A stretch of DNA of 64,000 bases, taken from positions 5,932 to 69,931 of the forward strand of contig CAMJCK010000011.1 of the NCBI GenBank assembly GCA_946404125.1, given 5' to 3'. Source of the stretch: an uncultured Bacteroidota bacterium. Lineage in GTDB: Bacteria; Bacteroidota; Bacteroidia; Bacteroidales; SZUA-534. Under the pieces are notes generated by a model that saw only the letters and a program-made list of their open reading frames with translations, did not search any database and was not told where the DNA came from. Position 1 is the first letter of the stretch; every line of letters begins with the position of its first letter. Made by a program: the position numbers and the translations under genes. Below, piece by piece: positions 27,364 through 37,451 of the stretch.

Positions 27364-29514
27364 ATGCCTACAGACGACGCTATCAGCGGCACAACCAACA
27401 TTCGGGAAGTACTCGAACGGCTGCGGATAAAAGAGCCTTCAATTTGCTCTGCTATTGAGAGTTATATTGATAACGAAACGGCTGAGCTGCACTCCGCCAG
27501 GAGCCAGCAGGCAGCCGCCGAGGCCGAGTTGGCCAGAACCAGGATGCTCTGCGACGCGTGCGGCCAGAGCTCCGTGTTGCTGATGCCCGATTCTGACGAC
27601 CGCTTGCTGATGCATTGGATTATCGCCAAAGAAACGCCGGTCACCGCCGATTTGCTCGAAACCACAGCCTGTGTTGGCCGTCAGTTGTCCGATTTTCTGA
27701 CTTCGGAAACCGAATTCCGGGTGCCCGATGGTGTCAGCGAGAACTTCAGAGGCACGTTCGATGCGGTCACAATTGGGGGCAAACGATTGAAAATCCAGGT
27801 TTTCGGTCAAGCCGACGGCTCGGTTGTGTGCCACATTGTCGATGGTACCAATGATAATTTGCTGAATCTTCATTATCAGCGTTTTAAGTTGGTTGGCGAG
27901 GTTTTGGATGTTGTATATTCCGCCAAGGAGAACGATGAGATTTTTGAGGAGGTCATTGAGCGGGTGGGAGCGCATTTCGCACTCAAGCGCATTCTGGTTT
28001 TCCTCGACAAGCAATCGGCCACTGTTGGCCAGCTCAGCTACCAGTGGACAGCGCCGGGCGTTGGCGGTGTACCGGCCGAGTCGCACGTTCCTTACGCCGA
28101 ATGTCCGTCGTGGCTGAAAATGCTGAAAGACAACAATATGATTAAAGCCGACAATCTGTCGGTGCTGCCGCCCGATGTGGCTCGTGTGCTGAATGGTATG
28201 GGGCTGCACTGTATTTGTGTTTTCCCGCTCCGACGGGTGCAGGCCAATGTGCTGTGTGGCTCGGTGCTGTTTGAGGCGGCCGATGGCGCAACCATCGACG
28301 AGCAGGAAGTCAGGTATCTGGAAATTGTTGGAACTCTGCTCTCGGGGCACATCACGCGCAAGCTGATAACTGATGACCTTGTGCTTCAAAAGGAGCGTGC
28401 CGAGGAGGCCGACCGTCTGAAATCGTCGTTCCTGGTCAATGTCAGCCGCGACATTCGCATACCAATGAACAACATCATCGGCTTCAGCGACTTGTTGGCC
28501 GACGAGGACCTGACGCAAACCGAGCGCGAGGAGTTCCTTGATATGATTAACAAAAGCGGTCAGGACCTTATAACATTGATTGACAATATTATCGATATTT
28601 CGAAAATTGAAACCGGCCAGATGACCATTAAAAAGGAGGAGATTCAGCTTTCTCCGCTGCTCAACGACATTCTGGCCGTCTTCCAAAACAACCATCTGCT
28701 TGACGACCGCGACGACCTGTCGCTGCAAATCGACATCGCTCCAAAGTTCAGCGATATGAAAATCAGAACCGATATTTTCAAATTCCGGCAGGTTTTCATC
28801 AATATTGTCGATAACGCAATCAAGTTCACCCCGAGCGGCTTTGTGAAATTCGGTGTGAGCCGCGTGTGGAACGATACCATCGAATTCTACGTCCAGGACA
28901 CTGGCATCGGCATTCCGGAAAGTCAGCAAGAGCTTATTTTCCAGCGTTTTGTAAGGCTCGACCACAAATACGAAAACGAGTTCACCGGCACCGGCCTTGG
29001 GCTGCCCATCTGCAAAGGCATTATTGAGATGCTTGGCGGAAATATGCGTGTGGTGTCGATTCCGGGCAAGGGCTCAACGTTCTATTTCACTCATCCATTG
29101 CAACATAAGTATGTTGAATCGTTGAACAATGCGCGCGATGCCAAACCTACCTATGATTGGGCCGACCGCAAAATCGCAATCGTCAACAACGGGGTGCAGG
29201 ACCGCAAATATCTCGACCACGTGCTGTCGAGCACGGGCATTTCCATTGTCTGGCTCGATGTCAGCGATGCCGTCAAATATTTTGAAGACGGCGGTTTGGC
29301 CGATGTGGTGGTGGTGGAGCTGTCGCCGGCGAGCCTCGAAACCATTGTGCGGATAAAGGGGATGACTCACGTGCCGATTATTGCGCAGTCGCAGGGCGAG
29401 AATGTGGAGCGCGACCGAGCTATGGCTATGGCGGCCGGTTGCGCCGAGTATATTGCCAAACCGCTGAATGCCAACAAATTCCTGACGGCGCTCAACTCGC
29501 TGATGGCAAAATAA
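27364..29514 (+). CDS. GAF - HisKA - HATPase - REC hybrid protein; degenerate (pseudo)histidine kinase
   Basis: Intact N/G1/F/G2 boxes (NIVDNAIKFT, DTGIGI, GTGLGL). H-box reads SRDIRIP instead of SHEIRTP, and the receiver lacks its Asp residues. Confidence 0.85.
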   Translation: MPTDDAISGTTNIREVLERLRIKEPSICSAIESYIDNETAELHSARSQQAAAEAELARTRMLCDACGQSSVLLMPDSDDRLLMHWIIAKETPVTADLLETTACVGRQLSDFLTSETEFRVPDGVSENFRGTFDAVTIGGKRLKIQVFGQADGSVVCHIVDGTNDNLLNLHYQRFKLVGEVLDVVYSAKENDEIFEEVIERVGAHFALKRILVFLDKQSATVGQLSYQWTAPGVGGVPAESHVPYAECPSWLKMLKDNNMIKADNLSVLPPDVARVLNGMGLHCICVFPLRRVQANVLCGSVLFEAADGATIDEQEVRYLEIVGTLLSGHITRKLITDDLVLQKERAEEADRLKSSFLVNVSRDIRIPMNNIIGFSDLLADEDLTQTEREEFLDMINKSGQDLITLIDNIIDISKIETGQMTIKKEEIQLSPLLNDILAVFQNNHLLDDRDDLSLQIDIAPKFSDMKIRTDIFKFRQVFINIVDNAIKFTPSGFVKFGVSRVWNDTIEFYVQDTGIGIPESQQELIFQRFVRLDHKYENEFTGTGLGLPICKGIIEMLGGNMRVVSIPGKGSTFYFTHPLQHKYVESLNNARDAKPTYDWADRKIAIVNNGVQDRKYLDHVLSSTGISIVWLDVSDAVKYFEDGGLADVVVVELSPASLETIVRIKGMTHVPIIAQSQGENVERDRAMAMAAGCAEYIAKPLNANKFLTALNSLMAK

Positions 29515-29848
29515 TTGTCCAGAGTTTGAACAGGTTAGAGGGCGGTGACCAGTTTCGCAGCCTTGGTTTTCGGGCAAAAACTTGTCGCAAAGCGAAATGC
29601 CGACGATGTGCGCTTGCGTGCGGGACTTGTTTTGTGAGGTTTAATAAAATTCGTTCATAATCAACAGGTTGTGTTGAAAGATGAATATTTTATGTATTTT
29701 TTTTCATTTTTCGGTTGAATAATCGGGGAATAATGTTCGGTTGCGTTGTATTTTGAATAGATTTGTCGACGAAACCGGAGTCGGGCAGGTGCCTTTGCGG
29801 TTACTGCCGGACAATTCTGAAAATCGATATAAATAATTGAAAAACAAT

Positions 29849-31216
29849 ATGAAAACTGCAAAACTATTAAGCGAATCGAAGGCCGCGCGTTGGGCGGCGT
29901 TGGTAATTGTCTCGTTCACAATGATGTGGGGGTATTTCCTTACCGACGCCCTGTCGCCGCTGATGACAATGCTCGAAGAGCAGATGGGCTGGACAAGCCT
30001 TGAGTTCGGACAGTTCAACTGGGCCTACTGCTGGTTCAACGTGTTCCTGTTTATGCTCATTTTCGGCGGAATCGTTCTCGACAAGATGGGGGTGCGGTTC
30101 ACAGGAATTGTTACTTGTGTGCTGATGCTCACTGGCGCGCTAATTAAGTATTATGCAGTGAATTACATATCGCCCGACGCCGCAGCTGGCACCATTTTCG
30201 GAATGCGCACGCAGGTGTTTGTGGCCTGCTTTGGTTACGCTATTTTTGCCGTGGGCACCGAGAACTGTGGAATCACCGTGTCGAAGGTCATAACCAAATG
30301 GTTTGCTGGCAAAGAGTTAGCCTTGGCAATGGGCGTTCAGGTGGCCGTGGCCCGACTCGGAACCGCCGCCGCTCTGGTCTTCAGCCCGATGATTGTCAAG
30401 CATTTCTCGCTTTCGGCGCCGCTGCTCTTCTCGGCAGTTCTGCTCTGCATCGGTTTGCTGGCTTATCTTGTTTTCTGTCAGATGGATAAGCGTTTCGATG
30501 CCGAAGTTGCCCAACAGCAGGGTGAATCTGACGACATCTTCAAGGTGAAAGACCTGAAGCTAATCATCACCAACAAAGGCTTTTGGCTATTGGCCTTGCT
30601 CTGCCTGATGTTCTACTCGGCCGTGTTCCCGTTTATGAAGTACGCCGCATCGCTGATGGAAAACAAATACGGCGTCAGCACCACGCTGGCGGGCATTATC
30701 CCAAGCTTGATTCCGTTCGGCAACCTTATAATGACGCCGCTTTTCGGTAGCATCTACGACAAGAAGGGCCGTGGCGCCACCATTATGATTATCGGCTCGC
30801 TGCTGCTCATTCTGGTGCACGTTCTGTTCGCCCTTCCGCTGATGAACTACTGGTGGTTTGCCGCCTTCATAATGATTGTGCTGGGTGTGGCCTTCTCACT
30901 TGTGCCGTCGGCAATGTGGCCGAGTGTGCCGAAAATCATCCCGCAGAAACTGCTTGGCTCGGCCTACGCGCTCATTTTCTGGGTGCAGAACATCGGTCTG
31001 GGCTTCGTTCCGCTGTTCATCGGTTTCGTTCTCGACAAATATTGCCGCGCAGGTGTGCGCATAGTCAATGGCACCGAAGTGACGCAGTACAACTACACTC
31101 TGCCAATGGCGATTTTCGCCCTGTTCGGCATTGTGGCTCTGCTGCTTGCGCTGATGCTCAAACGCGAAGACGCCCGCAAGGGGTACGGACTTGAGAAACC
31201 GAATGTGAAGGGGTAA
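29849..31216 (+). CDS. MFS transporter (MFSD1-like Bacteroidota family)
   Basis: About 12 TMs; GGIVLDKMGVR motif A, KWFAGKELALAMG, DKKGRG. Confidence 0.9.
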   Translation: MKTAKLLSESKAARWAALVIVSFTMMWGYFLTDALSPLMTMLEEQMGWTSLEFGQFNWAYCWFNVFLFMLIFGGIVLDKMGVRFTGIVTCVLMLTGALIKYYAVNYISPDAAAGTIFGMRTQVFVACFGYAIFAVGTENCGITVSKVITKWFAGKELALAMGVQVAVARLGTAAALVFSPMIVKHFSLSAPLLFSAVLLCIGLLAYLVFCQMDKRFDAEVAQQQGESDDIFKVKDLKLIITNKGFWLLALLCLMFYSAVFPFMKYAASLMENKYGVSTTLAGIIPSLIPFGNLIMTPLFGSIYDKKGRGATIMIIGSLLLILVHVLFALPLMNYWWFAAFIMIVLGVAFSLVPSAMWPSVPKIIPQKLLGSAYALIFWVQNIGLGFVPLFIGFVLDKYCRAGVRIVNGTEVTQYNYTLPMAIFALFGIVALLLALMLKREDARKGYGLEKPNVKG

Positions 31217-31235
31217 TTGCTTGGGAAATAATTGG

Positions 31236-31676
31236 TTACCTGGTTGTGATTGCCAGCCTTTCCGCAATCCGTTCCGCCGCAACATTCCCGCTTTTTATCG
31301 CTGCTGATAATTTGCTGATTTTCAGTTCTGCTTTTGCAAAATCCGCCATCCATTGGCAAGCGCGGGTTCCAATGCCTTTGTTCCAAAAATCGGGGCCAAG
31401 CCAAACTACTATTTCAGCCGAGTCACCGCTGATGTTGCGCAGGCCAACATTGCCAATCACGTCGCCATAGTAGATGATGGGGAAGTTGCTGTTGCTCTGC
31501 AGGTTATCGGCAACCCACACAAGCGCGTCGTCGTAGGTGAACGGCGATGGGAACCAACTCTGCATTTGGGCGGCAATCAGCCGGTTGTTCGAGTAGAACG
31601 CCAACGATGGCTCGTCGCCCGTGCGGTATGGTCTGATAATCAGGTCGTTGCTTTCGTAAAACATCTTGCTATTCAT
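31236..31676 (-). CDS. GNAT N-acetyltransferase (RimJ/RimL family)
   Basis: IGNVGL, WLGPDFWNKGIG acetyl-CoA motif, N.AA.R. Start could be 31676 or 31664. Confidence 0.75.
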   Translation of the reverse strand: MNSKMFYESNDLIIRPYRTGDEPSLAFYSNNRLIAAQMQSWFPSPFTYDDALVWVADNLQSNSNFPIIYYGDVIGNVGLRNISGDSAEIVVWLGPDFWNKGIGTRACQWMADFAKAELKISKLSAAIKSGNVAAERIAERLAITTR

Positions 31677-32952
31677 TTCCGGCAATGGCCGTAACCATAT
31701 TGTCCAAATCAAAATACTTGTTTGCAATTGCTTGCAAGTCAGCAGGCTGGGTGTTGAGGATGGTGGCTTGTTCCTCATCAAAATAGTCGATGCCCGAACA
31801 GAGGTCGACGGCTCTCGAAACAGCCTCGAAGCTGTTGAACGGCCCGTCGAAAATCTGCAGAAGCTCGCCCATCATATAGTTGCGCACAAGAGCCATTTCG
31901 GTATCACTAATCGGCTCGTCTTTAAGCTTTTGCATCTCTTTTCTAACCTCGTTGGCAACCTGCAGCGAGTGGCCCGATTTTATGTCGCCGTAAACGCACA
32001 GCAGTCCGCTCTGCGCCTGGGGTTGCAGCCGCGAGTAGATGCCGTAGGTGTAGCCTTTCTCCTTGCGGATGTTGGTCATCAGCCGCGAGCCGAAATAGCC
32101 GCCCAGAACCATAGTCAGCATATTCAGCTTGTGGTAGTCGGGGTGGTCCATTTTTATTGTTCTGAGGCCCATTCGCAGACTCGATTGCACGGCTTCTTCG
32201 CGTTTGATAATCTGCGTTTTGTCGCCAGCTATTGGCTCAAAAGGAAACTCATTCAAGCTGCATTTTGCGCCAATTTTTATTTTGCCGATGGTGGCCTCGA
32301 TGGCTTGCATCACTTGGTCGGTTACATATCCGGCAACCATCAGCCGGCAGTTTGCCGCGCAGTAGTGCGGAGCGTGGAAATCTTGCAGAATTTTGCTTGT
32401 AACACGGTCGTAATCAATAAGTTCGGCGTGTCTCCCGTAAGGGTGGGCGCCATACACCATTTGGTGCATCGCATTGTTGGCCAAAACCGCTGTTTTTGTC
32501 TGATTCACAATGAATTTGTGCTTACGGTCGGTCAACACGGTTTTCAGCTCCGTTTCCGGATAAACGCACTCTTCAATCAGCTCGCAGAGCAGCGGCAGCA
32601 GCTTGTCGAGGTACTTGTTCAGGCAGAAGAGCGAGATTGCCGCGTGGTCGAAATTGCTGTCGGTGCGCAGCTCGGCGCCGTAAAAGTCGAATGTGTCGGC
32701 AATCTGCTGAGCCGTGTGGTGCCGCGTGCCGCTCACCAGCATTGTGTTGGCAGTTGACGCCACCAGCAACTGGTTCGAGTGGATGACTCCGGCATTGAAC
32801 ATAAGTTCAACAACCACAATCTCTTGCGAGCCTCCCGACAGCACGTGGTAAGGCATCTTGTTTGCCAGAAAACCGCACTCGTCGGTTGGTATGTTTATCT
32901 TTGTAATTTGATGATATTCAGGGGCAATCTGCCGGTTTAGCTCTTTGTTCAT
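31669..32952 (-). CDS. M16 family peptidase, non-catalytic subunit
   Basis: LGGYFGSRLMTNIRKEKGYTYGI motif; no HxxEH. Confidence 0.88.
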   Translation of the reverse strand: MNKELNRQIAPEYHQITKINIPTDECGFLANKMPYHVLSGGSQEIVVVELMFNAGVIHSNQLLVASTANTMLVSGTRHHTAQQIADTFDFYGAELRTDSNFDHAAISLFCLNKYLDKLLPLLCELIEECVYPETELKTVLTDRKHKFIVNQTKTAVLANNAMHQMVYGAHPYGRHAELIDYDRVTSKILQDFHAPHYCAANCRLMVAGYVTDQVMQAIEATIGKIKIGAKCSLNEFPFEPIAGDKTQIIKREEAVQSSLRMGLRTIKMDHPDYHKLNMLTMVLGGYFGSRLMTNIRKEKGYTYGIYSRLQPQAQSGLLCVYGDIKSGHSLQVANEVRKEMQKLKDEPISDTEMALVRNYMMGELLQIFDGPFNSFEAVSRAVDLCSGIDYFDEEQATILNTQPADLQAIANKYFDLDNMVTAIAGNE

Positions 32953-34199
32953 TGCTTGCTTTTTTGAGCCGATTTATAAAATATTGTCGAGCTGTTTTCG
33001 GGGCGGAACAGGTATCGGGCGGTTTGGGCAATGTCTTCCACGCTGACTTTCTGATAGTTATCGGCATCGGTATTAATCATCGAGGCATCGCCAAGCATCT
33101 CGTAGTAGGCAAGGTTCATAGCTTTGTTGAGCACGTTCACCTCCGAGATGGTTTTCTTCACCTCAATGTTGTTCTTAACCTTGGTCAGCTCGTGGTCGGT
33201 TATCGGTTGCTCCCACAGCGACCTGAGTTCGTTGCAGATGCACATTTCGGCCTGTTCGAGCGTCACTCCGTCGCTCAGCTTTCCCTCAACAATGAACAGT
33301 CCCGGGTCGGTTTCGCCGGTTATGTAGGCGTTCACGTCGGTGAATGTTTTTTGCTCTTTTACAAGATGTTGCTTCAGCCGCCCTGACTCGCCGCCGGCCA
33401 GAATGTCCGAAATCAGGTCGGTGGCGTGGTAGCGCGGGCCTAGACGGCTGTCCATATGGAAACCTATGTAGATGGCGTTGAGCGGCTCGTTGCGCTTGAG
33501 AACAAGGAGTTGCGGAACTGTCTGCTCCGGCTCCACGGGCAGCGGCGCAATGTGTGTGTCGCGGCGCGGAATCGGTCCGAACCATTTCTCTGCCAGAGCT
33601 TTAACCTGCTCGGTCTCAACATCGCCGGCCACCACCAGAATGGCGTTGTTTGGGGCGTAGTAGTTGTAGAAGAAGCTGTTAACCTCGTCAAGACTGGCAA
33701 ATCGAATCTCCTGAGTGTCTTTGCCGATGGTCGGCCACATATAAGGGTGCCGTTTGTAGGCCAAATATCTCATCATCAGAAACCAATCGCCGTAAGGCTT
33801 GTTCAGGTAGCGTTGGTTATATTCCTCAATCACAACGTTTTTCTGTATCTCAAGTTTCTCCGGAGTGATGCCCAGCTCCAGCATCCGGTCCGATTCGAGC
33901 CAAAAAGCCGTTTCAATGTTTTGTTTTGGCAGAGTGATGTAGTAGTTGGTGTAGTCGTTGGTTGTGAACGCGTTACACTCGCCACCGGCCAGTTGTAGCT
34001 GGTGGTCAAAGTCGGCAACGTTTTTCGACCCGTCGAACATCAGATGCTCAAAGAGGTGCGCAAACCCGGTGCGGTCGGGATTCTCGTTGCGCGCACCTAC
34101 CTTGTACAACAGGTTGACGGCTACAATCGGAGTCGTTTTGTCTTGATGCACAATTAGTTGCAAACCATTGTCGAGTGTTGTTCTGTCAAAGCGTATCAT
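32949..34199 (-). CDS. M16 family zinc peptidase, catalytic subunit
   Basis: GFAHLFEHLMF (HxxEH), NAFT, LESDRM; 4-nt overlap with its partner gene. Confidence 0.92.
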   Translation of the reverse strand: MIRFDRTTLDNGLQLIVHQDKTTPIVAVNLLYKVGARNENPDRTGFAHLFEHLMFDGSKNVADFDHQLQLAGGECNAFTTNDYTNYYITLPKQNIETAFWLESDRMLELGITPEKLEIQKNVVIEEYNQRYLNKPYGDWFLMMRYLAYKRHPYMWPTIGKDTQEIRFASLDEVNSFFYNYYAPNNAILVVAGDVETEQVKALAEKWFGPIPRRDTHIAPLPVEPEQTVPQLLVLKRNEPLNAIYIGFHMDSRLGPRYHATDLISDILAGGESGRLKQHLVKEQKTFTDVNAYITGETDPGLFIVEGKLSDGVTLEQAEMCICNELRSLWEQPITDHELTKVKNNIEVKKTISEVNVLNKAMNLAYYEMLGDASMINTDADNYQKVSVEDIAQTARYLFRPENSSTIFYKSAQKSKQ

Positions 34200-34262
34200 A
34201 AGGAGACCTTGTGTCGCAAATGTATTATTTTAATGATATATTGTAAGAATTATATTTGCGGA

Positions 34263-35822
34263 ATGAAACTGCTTTTTTGCATAGTTTTTTGTGTTTCCCC
34301 GATGTTTTTGAGGCTCTCGGCGCAACCGTTGTGCGGTGGGCGGCCGGTGGGTTTGCGCAAAGCGATGCCGAGTTTGTACGAAGTGGCGCAACTGCCTTCG
34401 CGTCAGCAACTTGCGCAAAGCGAATTCGGCGGGTTGGCCGTTAACCCCGATGTGTTCGCGGCGCCCATTGCCACCGATTTCAATCCGTGCAACAGCGGGC
34501 AGTGGGAGAGTGCGGGCGACACCTGTGTCTGGCGTCTGGCCATCAGTTCGCCCGGGGCTTTTTCGCTCAATCTTCTGTTTGCCGATGTCTCGATGCCCGA
34601 CGGCGCGAGCCTCTATCTCTACAGCGCCGACACCACCGAGGTTCTTGGCGCATATACAGCCGAGAATAATTCCGCGTTTCTGCCAACTCCGCCCATTGCC
34701 GGCGACGTGGTTGTGGTGGAATATAACGAACCAGTAAATGCTGATTTTCAGGGCTTTTTCAATATTACGCAGGTGGCTCACGATTTCAAAGGCGCTTTCG
34801 CCGAAGAGCCAAAGCCAGGCAAGTGCCAAGTGGGGTTAACCGACGAGCAGAGGCATGAGTGGGGCAACGAGCGGCGGGCCGTCTGCCGCATTCTGGTTGG
34901 CGGAACCACCTTATGCACAGGCACTTTGCTCGCCACTGCCGACCATTCGTTTGAGCCATATGTGCTCACAGCCCGCCATTGCATCTATTCTGAAAAACAG
35001 GCGCAGTCGAGCATTTTCTTTTTTAACTACGATGATTACGATATACCTGAAAAGCAATATGTTGCGGGTTCAAGTCTTGTCGCAGTCAAGAACAACGACG
35101 ACGGATTCCTCGATTTTGCTCTTGTTCGGCTAAAAGGCGGGATACCAGACTATTACGACGTTTATTACGCCGGATGGGATGTCGGCGGCTCGCTGCCCCG
35201 AGGCGGCACTTGCATTCATCATCCGCAGGGCGGACCGGTGGCCATTGCCATCGATGCCGATTCGCTGCTGGCGGCTTCGTACCGCAATTTCGACTCTGGC
35301 ACGTTCCTCAATGTTGCCGAATGGGACGAGGGCGCCACGGAGCAAGGCTCGTCGGGTGCGCCGCTTTTCGACGCCAATCATCGTGTGGTGGGCTTGCTTG
35401 CTGGTGGCGATTCCGACTGCGACTACCCGATGAACGATTATTTCCAGATGCTGTCGGTTTGCTACAGTCGCTATAGCTTTGATTCATTGCAACTTGCGCA
35501 TTGGCTCAATCCGGGTTCGCTGCCAGTAACCCACATTGACGGCTCGTTTGGCAACGGAACTGCCATCGGCGGGAAAAAAGCTGACACGCGGGTTGCAATC
35601 TACCCCAATCCAGCCACGACCGAAATCCGCTTGACGGCTGAAAACGAAATGGTTACATCGGTTACGATTTTCGATTTTTCCGGCCGTGTGGTGCTTAAAA
35701 AACGCATCGACAACAAAAAAAACGTTACGCTCAATGTTGGCCGTTTGCCGGCGGGCGTGTATGTTTGCAGCATTGAATTTGCCAATGGCGATTTTGGCAA
35801 AACGTTGATAATTAAGGAATAA
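34263..35822 (+). CDS. Lysyl-endopeptidase-like S1 serine protease with T9SS type A sorting domain
   Basis: TARHC, DFALV, GSSGAP catalytic triad; C-terminal IYPNPA...G..V...GVY..K.IIKE. Confidence 0.88.
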   Translation: MKLLFCIVFCVSPMFLRLSAQPLCGGRPVGLRKAMPSLYEVAQLPSRQQLAQSEFGGLAVNPDVFAAPIATDFNPCNSGQWESAGDTCVWRLAISSPGAFSLNLLFADVSMPDGASLYLYSADTTEVLGAYTAENNSAFLPTPPIAGDVVVVEYNEPVNADFQGFFNITQVAHDFKGAFAEEPKPGKCQVGLTDEQRHEWGNERRAVCRILVGGTTLCTGTLLATADHSFEPYVLTARHCIYSEKQAQSSIFFFNYDDYDIPEKQYVAGSSLVAVKNNDDGFLDFALVRLKGGIPDYYDVYYAGWDVGGSLPRGGTCIHHPQGGPVAIAIDADSLLAASYRNFDSGTFLNVAEWDEGATEQGSSGAPLFDANHRVVGLLAGGDSDCDYPMNDYFQMLSVCYSRYSFDSLQLAHWLNPGSLPVTHIDGSFGNGTAIGGKKADTRVAIYPNPATTEIRLTAENEMVTSVTIFDFSGRVVLKKRIDNKKNVTLNVGRLPAGVYVCSIEFANGDFGKTLIIKE

Positions 35823-35823
35823 A

Positions 35824-36495
35824 ATGGTTAAAGGTGTAATTTTCGACTTCAACGGGACAATGTTTCTCGACTCGCCGCTGCACGAGCGTGCGTGGATTGA
35901 TATGGCAAAAAAACTGCGTCCCGAGCCGCTTGGCATCGAGGAGTTTTACACCAATCTGCAAGGCCGCACCAATCTGCAAATAATCAGCTATCTGCTTGGC
36001 CGTCAGCCTTCTGCCGATGAACTTGAGCGCATAACCGAGGAGAAGGAGCTGCTCTACCGAACCCGTTGCTCTGCACCTGACGGCTTGCACACGCTTGCGC
36101 CCGGAGTCGAGGATTTTCTGAACCAACTGGCGCCCACAGGCATTCCATTTACCATAGCCACAGGCTCTTACAAGCCCAACGTTGAGTTCTATTTCAGCCA
36201 TTTGCATCTCGGAAAGTGGTTTAATTTCGATGATGTGATTTACGATGACGGCACCTATCCGGGCAAACCGTCGCCCGACATATTCCTGAAAGCTGCCGAA
36301 AAGATTGGCGTTAAGCCGGCCGATTGTCTGGTTTTTGAGGACTCCTACGCGGGAATCCGCTCGGCAGTGGCAGCCGGCATTGGCCGCATAGTAACCGTTG
36401 AGCGCTCGCTCGATGCGGCTAAAGTTGCGCAGATTGGCAAGGTTTTCGCTATGCGCGATGGTTTTGTTGGGTTGGATATCAGTGTGTTACATTAA
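35824..36495 (+). CDS. HAD-IA family phosphatase (beta-phosphoglucomutase-like)
   Basis: IFDFNGT, GKPSPDIF, FEDS motifs. Confidence 0.88.
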   Translation: MVKGVIFDFNGTMFLDSPLHERAWIDMAKKLRPEPLGIEEFYTNLQGRTNLQIISYLLGRQPSADELERITEEKELLYRTRCSAPDGLHTLAPGVEDFLNQLAPTGIPFTIATGSYKPNVEFYFSHLHLGKWFNFDDVIYDDGTYPGKPSPDIFLKAAEKIGVKPADCLVFEDSYAGIRSAVAAGIGRIVTVERSLDAAKVAQIGKVFAMRDGFVGLDISVLH

Positions 36496-36605
36496 AACCG
36501 GATACTTTTCTGCAATCTTTGATTGTTTACAATCGGTTGATTATTCGATTTTTGTGCGCCGTCGAGCCTTTCGCGGAAACCGTACATTTGTAAAAAATCG
36601 GAATA

Positions 36606-36827
36606 ATGGTTAAACGCGACCCAAAGCTGTCCAGAACGCACAAAATCAGCATCGCCTTGAACGATTACGAGGTGGCGGCGCTCGACAAGTATTGCAAGAA
36701 ATACAGGGTGAAAAACCGCACCAAACTTGTGCGTGAGATTCTGTTTACCAAGATTTTCACCGATTTCAACAGCAATCCGCCAACGCTTTTCGGTGAGGAC
36801 GAAATGGCGCGCCTGGCTCAGAAATGA
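36606..36827 (+). CDS. Small hypothetical protein (ribbon-helix-helix-like)
   Basis: Basic 73-aa ORF with beta-helix-helix pattern and PPTLF tail, in operon context. Confidence 0.6.
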   Translation: MVKRDPKLSRTHKISIALNDYEVAALDKYCKKYRVKNRTKLVREILFTKIFTDFNSNPPTLFGEDEMARLAQK

Positions 36828-36854
36828 TTCGTTAAATATTTGATTCTAAACAAT

Positions 36855-37364
36855 ATGGCAAACTTTAAAGATTTGGTTCAAATTCGCTATTCGTGCCGCA
36901 ACTACAGTCCGATAGCCATCGACCGCTCAATTATTGAGCAACTGCTTGAAACTGCGCACTTTGCACCGTCGGCAACCAACGCTCAGCCGTGGCGCGTGTT
37001 TGTGCTCAACACACCGGAAAGTCTTGCCAAAGTGCGTCGGGCATATAATCGTGAATGGTTTGCCACTGCACCCGTGGTGCTGATGCTCTGCGCTCAGACT
37101 AGCAAGGCTTGGACTCGTGCCGACGGCAAGAACCACGCCGACATCGACCTTGCCATTCTTGCCGACCATCTGACGCTTGCCGCCGCCGATATGGGGCTCG
37201 CCACCTGTTGGGTTTGCAACTTCGACGCTGCAATGCTCTCAAAGGATTTCAACCTTGACGCCGACTGCAAACCGGTGGTTCTGTTGCCGTTAGGCGCCCC
37301 AGCCACCGACGACATTCCCGAAAAGAAGCGCAAAGACATTTCCGAATTTGTGGAATGGATGTAG
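36855..37364 (+). CDS. Nitroreductase family protein
   Basis: RYSCRNY, APSATNAQPW, LAAADMGLATCWV. Confidence 0.9.
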   Translation: MANFKDLVQIRYSCRNYSPIAIDRSIIEQLLETAHFAPSATNAQPWRVFVLNTPESLAKVRRAYNREWFATAPVVLMLCAQTSKAWTRADGKNHADIDLAILADHLTLAAADMGLATCWVCNFDAAMLSKDFNLDADCKPVVLLPLGAPATDDIPEKKRKDISEFVEWM

Positions 37365-37369
37365 TTTGT

Positions 37370-37450
37370 GGTGAATTGTTGAATCGATGAATCGAATTCC
37401 ATTTTTTCAATCCTTCATCCCGATAGCTATCGGGACTTCAATCCTTCAAT
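37370..37450. repeat. Octamer array (GTGAATxx / TTCAATCC) containing the palindrome TCCCGATAGCTATCGGGA
   Basis: 18-bp palindrome at 37418-37435 interrupts TTCAATCC units. Confidence 0.72.
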
Positions 37451-37451
37451 T

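Noticed and set aside
27439-28965. 508-aa minus-strand ORF
   Set aside because: Antisense shadow of the kinase-like gene, with no recognisable motifs.
31669-34199. M16 gene lacking HxxEH as a pseudogene or novelty
   Set aside because: Tandem catalytic plus non-catalytic M16B subunits are a well-known heterodimer arrangement.
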